Under the pieces are notes generated by a model. That model saw only the letters and a list, made by a program, of their open reading frames with translations, ran no database searches and was not told the DNA's origin. A stretch of DNA of 64,000 nt from Auanema rhodensis. Its lineage: Eukaryota; Animalia; Nematoda. Numbering within the stretch: position 1 is the first letter of the stretch; every line of letters begins with the position of its first letter. The position numbers were made by a program, and so were the translations under genes. Positions 10,301 to 24,700 of this stretch are shown one piece after another. The stretch is from the NCBI GenBank assembly GCA_964057225.1, contig OZ059897.1, positions 18,972,001-19,036,000 of the forward strand, written 5' to 3'.

Positions 10301-13300
10301 TTGCTTCCAAAAACATTTTGACAAAAATTTTTTCGAAAAATTTCAAAATAATTTAGCAAAAAATAGATGTTTTTAGATTCCATTTTTCAAGGCAAAGACG
10401 ATGGACAATGTTATTCAACGAAAAAATTAATTCTTCAGGGTGAAAATCGAGGATATAAGTGTGAACTTATATCAGTTGATATCTCGGTGCATTTTTAAGC
10501 TAGCGCAAATCTGATAACACAGATCGACGCAGCTTAAAAATCCGCATCGAATGCACTATACTACATTGAGAAACGCTTAATACAAAAATTAGTTATGATC
10601 GTTTGAAAAATGATGCATTAGTGTATGTTGAGTTTCCATGTACACTCAACATTGCTTCCAAAAACATTTTGACAAAAATTTTTTCGAAAAATTTCAGAAT
10701 AATTTAGCAAAAAGTAGATGTTTTTAGATTCCATTTTTCAAGGCAAAGACGATGGACAATGTTATTCAACGAAAAAATTAATTCTTCAGGGTGAAAATCG
10801 AGGATATAAGTGTGAACTTATATCAGTTGATATCTCGGTGCATTTTTAAGCTAGCGCAAATCTGATAACACAGATCGACGCAGCTTAAAAATCCGCATCG
10901 AATGCACTATACTACATTGAGAAACGCGTGATACAAAAATTAGTTATGATCGTTTGAAAAATGATGCATTAGTGTATGTTGAGTTTCCATGTACACTCAA
11001 CATTGCTTCCAAAAACATTTTGACAAAAAGTTTTTCGAAAAATTTCAAAATAATTTAGCAAAAAGTAGATGTTTTTAGATTCCTTTTTTCAAAGCAAAGA
11101 CGATGGACAATGTTATTCAACGAAAAAATTAATTCTTCAGGGTGAAAATCGAGGATATAAGTGTGAACTTATATCAGTTGATATCTCTGTGCATTTTTAA
11201 GCTAGCGCAAATCTGATAACACAGATCGACGCAGCTTAAAAATCCGCATCGAATGCACTATACTACATTGAGAAACGCTTAATACAAAAATTAGTTATGA
11301 TCGTTTGAAAAATGATGCATTAGTGTATGTTGAGTTTCCATGTACACTCAACATTGCTTCCAAAAACATTTTGACAAAAATTTTTTCGAAAAATTTCAAA
11401 ATAATTTAGCAAAAAATAGATGTTTTTAGATTCCATTTTTCAAGGCAAAGACGATGGACAATGTTATTCAACGAAAAAATTAATTCTTCAGGGTGAAAAT
11501 CGAGGATATAAGTGTGAACTTATATCAGTTGATATCTCGGTGCATTTTTAAGCTAGCGCAAATCTGATAACACAGATCGACGCAGCTTAAAAATCCGCAT
11601 CGAATGCACTATACTACATTGAGAAACGCTTAATACAAAAATTAGCTATGATCGTTTGAAAAATGATGCATTAGTGTATGTTGAGTTTCCATGTACACTC
11701 AACATTGCTTCCAAAAACATTTTGACAAAAAGTTTTTCGAAAAATTTCAAAATAATTTAGCAAAAAGTAGATGTTTTTAGATTCCTTTTTTCAAGGCAAA
11801 GACGATGGACAATGTTATTCAACGAAAAAATTAATTCTTCAGGGTGAAAATCGAGGATATAAGTGTGAACTTATATCAGTTGATATCTCGGTGCATTTTT
11901 AAGCTAGCGCAAATCTGATAACACAGATCGACGCAGCTTAAAAATCCGCATCGAATGCACTATACTACATTAAGAAACACTTGATACAAAAATTAGTTAT
12001 GATCGTTTGAAAAATGATGCATTAGTGTATGTTGAGTTTCCATGTACACTCAACATTGCTTCCAAAAACATTTTGACAAAAATTTTTTCGAAAAATTTCA
12101 GAATAATTTAGCAAAAAGTAGATGTTTTTAGATTCCATTTTTCAAGGCAAAGACGATGGACAATGTTATTCAACGAAGAAATTAATTCTTCAGGGTGAAA
12201 ATCGAGGATATAAGTGTGAACTTATATCAGTTGATATCTCGGTGCATTTTTAAGCTAGCGCAAATCTGATAACACAGATCGACGCAGCTTAAAAATCCGC
12301 ATCGAATGCACTATACTACATTGAGAAACGCTTAATACAAAAATTAGTTATGATCGTTTGAAAAATGATGCATTAGTGTATGTTGAGTTTCCATGTACAC
12401 TCAACATTGCTTCCAAAAACATTTTGACAAAAATTTTTTCGAAAAATTTCAAAATAATTTAGCGAAAAGTAGATGTTTTTAGATTCCATTTTTCAAGGCA
12501 AAGACGATGGACAATGTTATTCAACGAAAAAATTAATTCTTCAGGGTGAAAATCGAGGATATAAGTGTGAACTTATATCAGTTGATATCTCGGTGCATTT
12601 TTAAGCTAGCGCAAATCTGATAACACAGATCGACGCAGCTTAAAAATCCGCATCGAATGCACTATACTACATTAAGAAACGCTTGATACAAGAATTAGTT
12701 ATGATCGTTTGAAAAATGATGCATTAGTGTATGTTGAGTTTCCATGTACACTCAACATTGCTTCCAAAAACATTTTGACAAAAATTTTTTCGAAAAATTT
12801 CAGAATAATTTAGCAAAAAGTAGATGTTTTTAGATTCCATTTTTCAAGGCAAAGACGATGGACAATGTTATTCAACGAAAAAATTAATTCTTCAGGGTGA
12901 AAATCGAGGATATAAGTGTGAACTTATATCAGTTGATATCTCGGTGCATTTTTAAGCTAGCGCAAATCTGATAACACAGATCGACGCAGCTTAAAAATCC
13001 GCATCGAATGCACTATACTACATTGAGAAACGCGTGATACAAAAATTAGTTATGATCGTTTGAAAAATGATGCATTAGTGTATGTTGAGTTTCCATGTAC
13101 ACTCAACATTGCTTCCAAAAACATTTTGACAAAAAGTTTTTCGAAAAATTTCAAAATAATTTAGCGAAAAGTAGATGTTTTTAGATTCCATTTTTCAAGG
13201 CAAAGACGATGGACAATGTTATTCAACGAAAAAATTAATTCTTCAGGGTGAAAATCGAGGATATAAGTGTGAACTTATATCAGTTGATATCTCGGTGCAT

Positions 13301-13329
13301 TTTTAAGCTAGCGCAAATCTGATAACACA

Positions 13330-16300
13330 GATCGACGCAGCTTAAAAATCCGCATCGAATGCACTATACTACATTAAGAAACGCTTGATACAAGAATTAG
13401 TTATGATCGTTTGAAAAATGATGTATTAGTGTATGTTGAGTTTCCATGTACACTCAACATTGCTTCCAAAAACATTTTGACAAAAATTTTTTCGAAAAAT
13501 TTCAGAATAATTTAGCAAAAAGTAGATGTTTTTAGATTCCATTTTTCAAGGCAAAGACGATGGACAATGTTATTCAACGAAAAAATTAATTCTTCAGGGT
13601 GAAAATCGAGGATATAAGTGTGAACTTATATCAGTTGATATCTCGGTGCATTTTTAAGCTAGCGCAAATCTGATAACACAGATCGACGCAGCTTAAAAAT
13701 CCGCATCGAATGCACTATACTACATTGAGAAACGCGTGATACAAAAATTAGTTATGATCGTTTGAAAAATGATGCATTAGTGTATGTTGAGTTTCCATGT
13801 ACACTCAACATTGCTTCCAAAAACATTTTGACAAAAAGTTTTTCGAAAAATTTCAAAATAATTTAGCAAAAAGTAGATGTTTTTAGATTCCTTTTTTCAA
13901 GGCAAAGACGATGGACAATGTTATTCAACGAAAAAATTAATTCTTCAGGGTGAAAATCGAGGATATAAGTGTGAACTTATATCAGTTGATATCTCGGTGC
14001 ATTTTTAAGCTAGCGCAAATCTGATAACACAGATCGACGCAGCTTAAAAATCCGCATCGAATGCACTATACTACATTAAGAAACACTTGATACAAAAATT
14101 AGTTATGATCGTTTGAAAAATGATGCATTAGTGTATGTTGAGTTTCCATGTACACTCAACATTGCTTCCAAAAACATTTTGACAAAAATTTTTTCGAAAA
14201 ATTTCGAAATAATTTAGCGAAAAGTAGATGTTTTTAGATTCCATTTTTCAAGGCAAAGACGATGGACAATGTTATTCAACGAAAAAATTAATTCTTCAGG
14301 GTGAAAATCGAGGATATAAGTGTGAACTTATATCAGTTGATATCTCGGTGCATTTTTAAGCTAGCGCAAATCTGATAACACAGATCGACGCAGCTTAAAA
14401 ATCCGCATCGAATGCACTATACTACATTGAGAAACGCTTAATACAAAAATTAGTTATGATCGTTTGAAAAATGATGCATTAGTGTATGTTGAGTTTCCAT
14501 GTACACTCAACATTGCTTCCAAAAACATTTTGACAAAAATTTTTTCGAAAAATTTCAAAATAATTTAGCAAAAAATAGATGTTTTTAGATTCCATTTTTC
14601 AAGGCAAAGACGATGGACAATGTTATTCAACGAAAAAATTAATTCTTCAGGGTGAAAATCGAGGATATAAGTGTGAACTTATATCAGTTGATATCTCGGT
14701 GCATTTTTAAGCTAGCGCAAATCTGATAACACAGATCGACGCAGCTTAAAAATCCGCATCGAATGCACTATACTACATTGAGAAACGCTTAATACAAAAA
14801 TTAGTTATGATCGTTTGAAAAATGATGCATTAGTGTATGTTGAGTTTCCATGTACACTCAACATTGCTTCCAAAAACATTTTGACAAAAATTTTTTCGAA
14901 AAATTTCAAAATAATTTAGCGAAAAGTAGATGTTTTTAGATTCCATTTTTCAAGGCAAAGACGATGGACAATGTTATTCAACGAAAAAATTAATTCTTCA
15001 GGGTGAAAATCGAGGATATAAGTGTGAACTTATATCAGTTGATATCTCGGTGCATTTTTAAGCTAGCGCAAATCTGATAACACAGATCGACGCAGCTTAA
15101 AAATCCGCATCGAATGCACTATACTACATTAAGAAACGCTTGATACAAGAATTAGTTATGATCGTTTGAAAAATGATGCATTAGTGTATGTTGAGTTTCC
15201 ATGTACACTCAACATTGCTTCCAAAAACATTTTGACAAAAATTTTTTCGAAAAATTTCAGAATAATTTAGCAAAAAGTAGATGTTTTTAGATTCCATTTT
15301 TCAAGGCAAAGACGATGGACAATGTTATTCAACGAAAAAATTAATTCTTCAGGGTGAAAATCGAGGATATAAGTGTGAACTTATATCAGTTGATATCTCG
15401 GTGCATTTTTAAGCTAGCGCAAATCTGATAACACAGATCGACGCAGCTTAAAAATCCGCATCGAATGCACTATACTACATTGAGAAACGCGTGATACAAA
15501 AATTAGTTATGATCGTTTGAAAAATGATGCATTAGTGTATGTTGAGTTTCCATGTACACTCAACATTGCTTCCAAAAACATTTTGACAAAAAGTTTTTCG
15601 AAAAATTTCAAAATAATTTAGCAAAAAGTAGATGTTTTTAGATTCCTTTTTTCAAGGCAAAGACGATGGACAATGTTATTCAACGAAAAAATTAATTCTT
15701 CAGGGTGAAAATCGAGGATATAAGTGTGAACTTATATCAGTTGATATCTCGGTGCATTTTTAAGCTAGCGCAAATCTGATAACACAGATCGACGCAGCTT
15801 AAAAATCCGCATCGAATGCACTATACTACATTAAGAAACACTTGATACAAAAATTAGTTATGATCGTTTGAAAAATGATGCATTAGTGTATGTTGAGTTT
15901 CCATGTACACTCAACATTGCTTCCAAAAACATTTTGACAAAAATTTTTTCGAAAAATTTCGAAATAATTTAGCGAAAAGTAGATGTTTTTAGATTCCATT
16001 TTTCAAGGCAAAGACGATGGACAATGTTATTCAACGAAAAAATTAATTCTTCAGGGTGAAAATCGAGGATATAAGTGTGAACTTATATCAGTTGATATCT
16101 CGGTGCATTTTTAAGCTAGCGCAAATCTGATAACACAGATCGACGCAGCTTAAAAATCCGCATCGAATGCACTATACTACATTGAGAAACGCTTAATACA
16201 AAAATTAGTTATGATCGTTTGAAAAATGATGCATTAGTGTATGTTGAGTTTCCATGTACACTCAACATTGCTTCCAAAAACATTTTGACAAAAATTTTTT

Positions 16301-17541
16301 CGAAAAATTTCAAAATAATTTAGCAAAAAATAGATGTTTTTAGATTCCATTTTTCAAGGCAAAGACGATGGACAATGTTATTCAACGAAAAAATTAATTC
16401 TTCAGGGTGAAAATCGAGGATATAAGTGTGAACTTATATCAGTTGATATCTCGGTGCATTTTTAAGCTAGCGCAAATCTGATAACACAGATCGACGCAGC
16501 TTAAAAATCCGCATCGAATGCACTATACTACATTGAGAAACGCTTAATACAAAAATTAGTTATGATCGTTTGAAAAATGATGCATTAGTGTATGTTGAGT
16601 TTCCATGTACACTCAACATTGCTTCCAAAAACATTTTGACAAAAATTTTTTCGAAAAATTTCAAAATAATTTAGCGAAAAGTAGATGTTTTTAGATTCCA
16701 TTTTTCAAGGCAAAGACGATGGACAATGTTATTCAACGAAAAAATTAATTCTTCAGGGTGAAAATCGAGGATATAAGTGTGAACTTATATCAGTTGATAT
16801 CTCGGTGCATTTTTAAGCTAGCGCAAATCTGATAACACAGATCGACGCAGCTTAAAAATCCGCATCGAATGCACTATACTACATTAAGAAACGCTTGATA
16901 CAAGAATTAGTTATGATCGTTTGAAAAATGATGCATTAGTGTATGTTGAGTTTCCATGTACACTCAACATTGCTTCCAAAAACATTTTGACAAAAATTTT
17001 TTCGAAAAATTTCAGAATAATTTAGCAAAAAGTAGATGTTTTTAGATTCCATTTTTCAAGGCAAAGACGATGGACAATGTTATTCAACGAAAAAATTAAT
17101 TCTTCAGGGTGAAAATCGAGGATATAAGTGTGAACTTATATCAGTTGATATCTCGGTGCATTTTTAAGCTAGCGCAAATCTGATAACACAGATCGACGCA
17201 GCTTAAAAATCCGCATCGAATGCACTATACTACATTGAGAAACGCGTGATACAAAAATTAGTTATGATCGTTTGAAAAATGATGCATTAGTGTATGTTGA
17301 GTTTCCATGTACACTCAACATTGCTTCCAAAAACATTTTGACAAAAAGTTTTTCGAAAAATTTCAAAATAATTTAGCAAAAAGTAGATGTTTTTAGATTC
17401 CTTTTTTCAAGGCAAAGACGATGGACAATGTTATTCAACGAAAAAATTAATTCTTCAGGGTGAAAATCGAGGATATAAGTGTGAACTTATATCAGTTGAT
17501 ATCTCGGTGCATTTTTAAGCTAGCGCAAATCTGATAACACA
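13330..17541. repeat. Local 5-monomer higher-order repeat (1755-bp period), about 2.4 copies
   Basis: The ACGCGTG + AAAAAGTTTTTCG + CCTTTTTT monomer starts at 13681, 15436 and 17191, with the same order of four intervening monomer types. Confidence 0.85.
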
Positions 17542-20500
17542 GATCGACGCAGCTTAAAAATCCGCATCGAATGCACTATACTACATTAAGAAACACTTGA
17601 TACAAAAATTAGTTATGATCGTTTGAAAAATGATGCATTAGTGTATGTTGAGTTTCCATGTACACTCAACATTGCTTCCAAAAACATTTTGACAAAAATT
17701 TTTTCGAAAAATTTCAGAATAATTTAGCAAAAAGTAGATGTTTTTAGATTCCTTTTTTCAAGGCAAAGACGATGGACAATGTTATTCAACGAAAAAATTA
17801 TTTCTTCAGGGTGAAAATCGAGGATATAAGTGTGAACTTATATCAGTTGATATCTCGGTGCATTTTTAAGCTAGCGCAAATCTGATAACACAGATCGACG
17901 CAGCTTAAAAATCCGCATCGAATGCACTATACTACATTGAGAAACGCTTAATACAAAAATTAGTTATGATCGTTTGAAAAATGATGCATTAGTGTATGTT
18001 GAGTTTCCATGTACACTCAACATTGCTTCCAAAAACATTTTGACAAAAATTTTTTCGAAAAATTTCGAAATAATTTAGCAAAAAGTAGATGTTTTTAGAT
18101 TCCATTTTTCAAGGCAAAGACGATGGACAATGTTATTCAACGAAAAAATTATTTCTTCAGGGTGAAAATCGAGGATATAAGTGTGAACTTATATCAGTTG
18201 ATATCTCGGTGCATTTTTAAGCTAGCGCAAATCTGATAACACAGATCGACGCAGCTTAAAAATCCGCATCGAATGCACTATACTACATTAAGAAACACTT
18301 GATACAAAAATTAGTTATGATCGTTTGAAAAATGATGCATTAGTGTATGTTGAGTTTCCATGTACACTCAACATTGCTTCCAAAAACATTTTGACAAAAA
18401 TTTTTTCGAAAAATTTCAAAATAATTTAGCAAAAAGTAGATGTTTTTAGATTCCTTTTTTCAAGGCAAAGACGATGGACAATGTTATTCAACGAAAAAAT
18501 TATTTTTTCAGGGTGAAAATCGAGGATATAAGTGTGAACTTATATCAGTTGATATCTCGGTGCATTTTTAAGCTAGCGCAAATCTGATAACACAGATCGA
18601 CGCAGCTTAAAAATCCGCATCGAATGCACTATACTACATTGAAAAACGCTTGATATAAAAATTAGTTATGATCGTTTGAAAAATGATGCATTAGTGTATG
18701 TTGAGTTTCCATGTACACTCAACATTGCTTCCAAAAACATTTTGACAAAAATTTTTTCGAAAAATTTCAGAATAATTTAGCAAAAAGTAGATGTTTTTAG
18801 ATTCCTTTTTTCAAGGCAAAGACGATGGACAATGTTATTCAACGAAAAAATTATTTCTTCAGGGTGAAAATCGAGGATATAAGTGTGAACTTATATCAGT
18901 TGATATCTCGGTGCATTTTTAAGCTAGCGCAAATCTGATAACACAGATCGACGCAGCTTAAAAATCCGCATCGAATGCACTATACTACATTGCGAAACGC
19001 TTAATACAAAAATTAGTTATGATCGTTTGAAAAATGATGCATTAGTGTATGTTGAGTTTCCATGTACACTCAACATTGCTTCCAAAAACATTTTGACAAA
19101 AATTTTTTCGAAAAATTTCGAAATAATTTAGCAAAAAGTAGATGTTTTTAGATTCCATTTTTCAAGGCAAAGACGATGGACAATGTTATTCAACGAAAAA
19201 ATTATTTCTTCAGGGTGAAAATCGAGGATATAAGTGTGAACTTATATCAGTTGATATCTCGGTGCATTTTTAAGCTAGCGCAAATCTGATAACACAGATC
19301 GACGCAGCTTAAAAATCCGCATCGAATGCACTATACTACATTAAGAAACACTTGATACAAAAATTAGTTATGATCGTTTGAAAAATGATGCATTAGTGTA
19401 TGTTGAGTTTCCATGTACACTCAACATTGCTTCCAAAAACATTTTGACAAAAATTTTTTCGAAAAATTTCAAAATAATTTAGCAAAAAGTAGATGTTTTT
19501 AGATTCCTTTTTTCAAGGCAAAGACGATGGACAATGTTATTCAACGAAAAAATTATTTCTTCAGGGTGAAAATCGAGGATATAAGTGTGAACTTATATCA
19601 GTTGATATCTCGGTGCATTTTTAAGCTAGCGCAAATCTGATAACACAGATCGACGCAGCTTAAAAATCCGCATCGAATGCACTATACTACATTGAAAAAC
19701 GCTTGATATAAAAATTAGTTATGATCGTTTGAAAAATGATGCATTAGTGTATGTTGAGTTTCCATGTACACTCAACATTGCTTCCAAAAACATTTTGACA
19801 AAAATTTTTTCGAAAAATTTCGAAATAATTTAGCAAAAAGTAGATGTTTTTAGATTCCATTTTTCAAGGCAAAGACGATGGACAATGTTATTCAACGAAA
19901 AAATTATTTCTTCAGGGTGAAAATCGAGGATATAAGTGTGAACTTATATCAGTTGATATCTCGGTGCATTTTTAAGCTAGCGCAAATCTGATAACACAGA
20001 TCGACGCAGCTTAAAAATCCGCATCGAATGCACTATACTACATTGAAAAACGCTTGATATAAAAATTAGTTATGATCGTTTGAAAAATGATGCATTAGTG
20101 TATGTTGAGTTTCCATGTACACTCAACATTGCTTCCAAAAACATTTTGACAAAAATTTTTTCGAAAAATTTCGAAATAATTTAGCAAAAAGTAGATGTTT
20201 TTAGATTCCTTTTTTCAAGGCAAAGACGATGGACAATGTTATTCAACGAAAAAATTATTTCTTCAGGGTGAAAATCGAGGATATAAGTGTGAACTTATAT
20301 CAGTTGATATCTCGGTGCATTTTTAAGCTAGCGCAAATCTGATAACACAGATCGACGCAGCTTAAAAATCCGCATCGAATGCACTATACTACATTGAGAA
20401 ACGCGTGATACAAAAATTAGTTATGATCGTTTGAAAAATGATGCATTAGTGTATGTTGAGTTTCCATGTACACTCAACATTGCTTCCAAAAACATTTTGA

Positions 20501-21753
20501 CAAAAATTTTTTCGAAAAATTTCAAAATAATTTAGCAAAAAGTAGATGTTTTTAGATTCCATTTTTCAAGGCAAAGACGATGGACAATGTTATTCAACGA
20601 AAAAATTATTTCTTCAGGGTGAAAATCGAGGATATAAGTGTGAACTTATATCAGTTGATATCTCGGTGCATTTTTAAGCTAGCGCAAATCTGATAACACA
20701 GATCGACGCAGCTTAAAAATCCGCATCGAATGCACTATACTACATTAAGAAACACTTGATATAAAAATTAGTTATGATCGTTTGAAAAATGATGCATTAG
20801 TGTATGTTGAGTTTCCATGTACACTCAACATTGCTTCCAAAAACATTTTGACAAAAATTTTTTCGAAAAATTTCAAAATAATTTAGCAAAAAGTAGATGT
20901 TTTTAGATTCCTTTTTTCAAGGCAAAGACGATGGACAATGTTATTCAACGAAAAAATTATTTCTTCAGGGTGAAAATCGAGGATATAAGTGTGAACTTAT
21001 ATCAGTTGATATCTCGGTGCATTTTTAAGCTAGCGCAAATCTGATAACACAGATCGACGCAGCTTAAAAATCCGCATCGAATGCACTATACTACATTAAG
21101 AAACGCTTGATACAAAAATTAGTTATGATCGTTTGAAAAATGATGCATTAGTGTATGTTGAGTTTCCATGTACACTCAACATTGCTTCCAAAAACATTTT
21201 GACAAAAATTTTTTCGAAAAATTTCAAAATAATTTAGCAAAAAGTAGATGTTTTTAGATTCCTTTTTTCAAGGCAAAGACGATGGACAATGTTATTCAAC
21301 GAAAAAATTATTTCTTCAGGGTGAAAATCGAGGATATAAGTGTGAACTTATATCAGTTGATATCTCGGTGCATTTTTAAGCTAGCGCAAATCTGATAACA
21401 CAGATCGACGCAGCTTAAAAATCCGCATCGAATGCACTATACTACATTGAGAAACGCGTGATACAAAAATTAGTTATGATCGTTTGAAAAATGATGCATT
21501 AGTGTATGTTGAGTTTCCATGTACACTCAACATTGCTTCCAAAAACATTTTGACAAAAATTTTTTCGAAAAATTTCAAAATAATTTAGCAAAAAGTAGAT
21601 GTTTTTAGATTCCATTTTTCAAGGCAAAGACGATGGACAATGTTATTCAACGAAAAAATTAATTCTTCAGGGTGAAAATCGAGGATATAAGTGTGAACTT
21701 ATATCAGTTGATATCTCGGTGCATTTTTAAGCTAGCGCAAATCTGATAACACA

Positions 21754-24700
21754 GATCGACGCAGCTTAAAAATCCGCATCGAATGCACTATACTACATTA
21801 AGAAACGCTTGATACAAGAATTAGTTATGATCGTTTGAAAAATGATGCATTAGTGTATGTTGAGTTTCCATGTACACTCAACATTGCTTCCAAAAACATT
21901 TTGACAAAAATTTTTTCGAAAAATTTCAGAATAATTCAGCAAAAAGTAGATGTTTTTAGATTCCATTTTTCAAGGCAAAGACGATGGACAATGTTATTCA
22001 ACGAAGAAATTAATTCTTCAGGGTGAAAATCGAGGATATAAGTGTGAACTTATATCAGTTGATATCTCGGTGCATTTTTAAGCTAGCGCAAATCTGATAA
22101 CACAGATCGACGCAGCTTAAAAATCCGCATCGAATGCACTATACTACATTGAGAAACGCGTGATACAAAAATTAGTTATGATCGTTTGAAAAATGATGCA
22201 TTAGTGTATGTTGAGTTTCCATGTACACTCAACATTGCTTCCAAAAACATTTTGACAAAAATTTTTTCGAAAAATTTCGAAATAATTTAGCAAAAAGTAG
22301 ATGTTTTTAGATTCCTTTTTTCAAGGCAAAGACGATGGACAATGTTATTCAACGAAAAAATTATTTCTTCAGGGTGAAAATCGAGGATATAAGTGTGAAC
22401 TTATATCAGTTGATATCTCGGTGCATTTTTAAGCTAGCGCAAATCTGATAACACAGATCGACGCAGCTTAAAAATCCGCATCGAATGCACTATACTACAT
22501 TAAGAAACACTTGATACAAAAATTAGTTATGATCGTTTGAAAAATGATGCATTAGTGTATGTTGAGTTTCCATGTACACTCAACATTGCTTCCAAAAACA
22601 TTTTGACAAAAATTTTTTCGAAAAATTTCAAAATAATTTAGCAAAAAGTAGATGTTTTTAGATTCCATTTTTCAAGGCAAAGACGATGGACAATGTTATT
22701 CAACGAAAAAATTAATTCTTCAGGGTGAAAATCGAGGATATAAGTGTGAACTTATATCAGTTGATATCTCGGTGCATTTTTAAGCTAGCGCAAATCTGAT
22801 AACACAGATCGACGCAGCTTAAAAATCCGCATCGAATGCACTATACTACATTGAAAAACGCTTAATACAAAAATTAGTTATGATCGTTTGAAAAATGATG
22901 CATTAGTGTATGTTGAGTTTCCATGTACACTCAACATTGCTTCCAAAAACATTTTGACAAAAATTTTTTCGAAAAATTTCGAAATAATTTAGCAAAAAGT
23001 AGATGTTTTTAGATTCCTTTTTTCAAGGCAAAGACGATGGACAATGTTATTCAACGAAAAAATTATTTCTTCAGGGTGAAAATCGAGGATATAAGTGTGA
23101 ACTTATATCAGTTGATATCTCGGTGCATTTTTAAGCTAGCGCAAATCTGATAACACAGATCGACGCAGCTTAAAAATTCGCATCGAATGCACTATACTAC
23201 ATTAAGAAACGCTTGATACAAGAATTACTTATGATCGTTTGAAAAATGATGCATTAGTGTATGTTGAGTTTCCATGTACACTCAACATTGCTTCCAAAAA
23301 CATTTTGACAAAAATTTTTTCGAAAAATTTCAGAATAATTTAGCAAAAAGTAGATGTTTTTAGATTCCATTTTTCAAGGCAAAGACGATGGACAATGTTA
23401 TTCAACGAAGAAATTAATTCTTCAGGGTGAAAATCGAGGATATAAGTGTGAACTTATATCAGTTGATATCTCGGTGCATTTTTAAGCTAGCGCAAATCTG
23501 ATAACACAGATCGACGCAGCTTAAAAATCCGCATCGAATGCACTATACTACATTGAGAAACGCGTGAAACAAAAATTAGTTATGATCGTTTGAAAAATGA
23601 TGCATTAGTGTATGTTGAGTTTCCATGTACACTCAACATTGCTTCCAAAAACATTTTGACAAAAATTTTTTCGAAAAATTTCAGAATAATTTAGCAAAAA
23701 GTAGATGTTTTTAGATTCCATTTTTCAAGGCAAAGACGATGGACAATGTTATTCAACGAAGAAATTAATTCTTCAGGGTGAAAATCGAGGATATAAGTGT
23801 GAACTTATATCAGTTGATATCTCGGTGCATTTTTAAGCTAGCGCAAATCTGATAACACAGATCGACGCAGCTTAAAAATCCGCATCGAATGCACTATACT
23901 ACATTGAGAAACGCGTGATACAAAAATTAGTTATGATCGTTTGAAAAATGATGCATTAGTGTATGTTGAGTTTCCATGTACACTCAACATTGCTTCCAAA
24001 AACATTTTGACAAAAATTTTTTCGAAAAATTTCGAAATAATTTAGCAAAAAGTAGATGTTTTTAGATTCCTTTTTTCAAGGCAAAGACGATGGACAATGT
24101 TATTCAACGAAAAAATTATTTCTTCAGGGTGAAAATCGAGGATATAAGTGTGAACTTATATCAGTTGATATCTCGGTGCATTTTTAAGCTAGCGCAAATC
24201 TGATAACACAGATCGACGCAGCTTAAAAATCCGCATCGAATGCACTATACTACATTAAGAAACACTTGATACAAAAATTAGTTATGATCGTTTGAAAAAT
24301 GATGCATTAGTGTATGTTGAGTTTCCATGTACACTCAACATTGCTTCCAAAAACATTTTGACAAAAATTTTTTCGAAAAATTTCAAAATAATTTAGCAAA
24401 AAGTAGATGTTTTTAGATTCCATTTTTCAAGGCAAAGACGATGGACAATGTTATTCAACGAAAAAATTATTTCTTCAGGGTGAAAATCGAGGATATAAGT
24501 GTGAACTTATATCAGTTGATATCTCGGTGCATTTTTAAGCTAGCGCAAATCTGATAACACAGATCGACGCAGCTTAAAAATCCGCATCGAATGCACTATA
24601 CTACATTGAGAAACGCGTGATACAAAAATTAGTTATGATCGTTTGAAAAATGATGCATTAGTGTATGTTGAGTTTCCATGTACACTCAACATTGCTTCCA

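Noticed and set aside
21835-22026. 63-aa ORF in the track
   Set aside because: It has a TTG start and is opened by one private SNV (TAG>CAG at 21937) in a single satellite monomer; there is no coding evidence.
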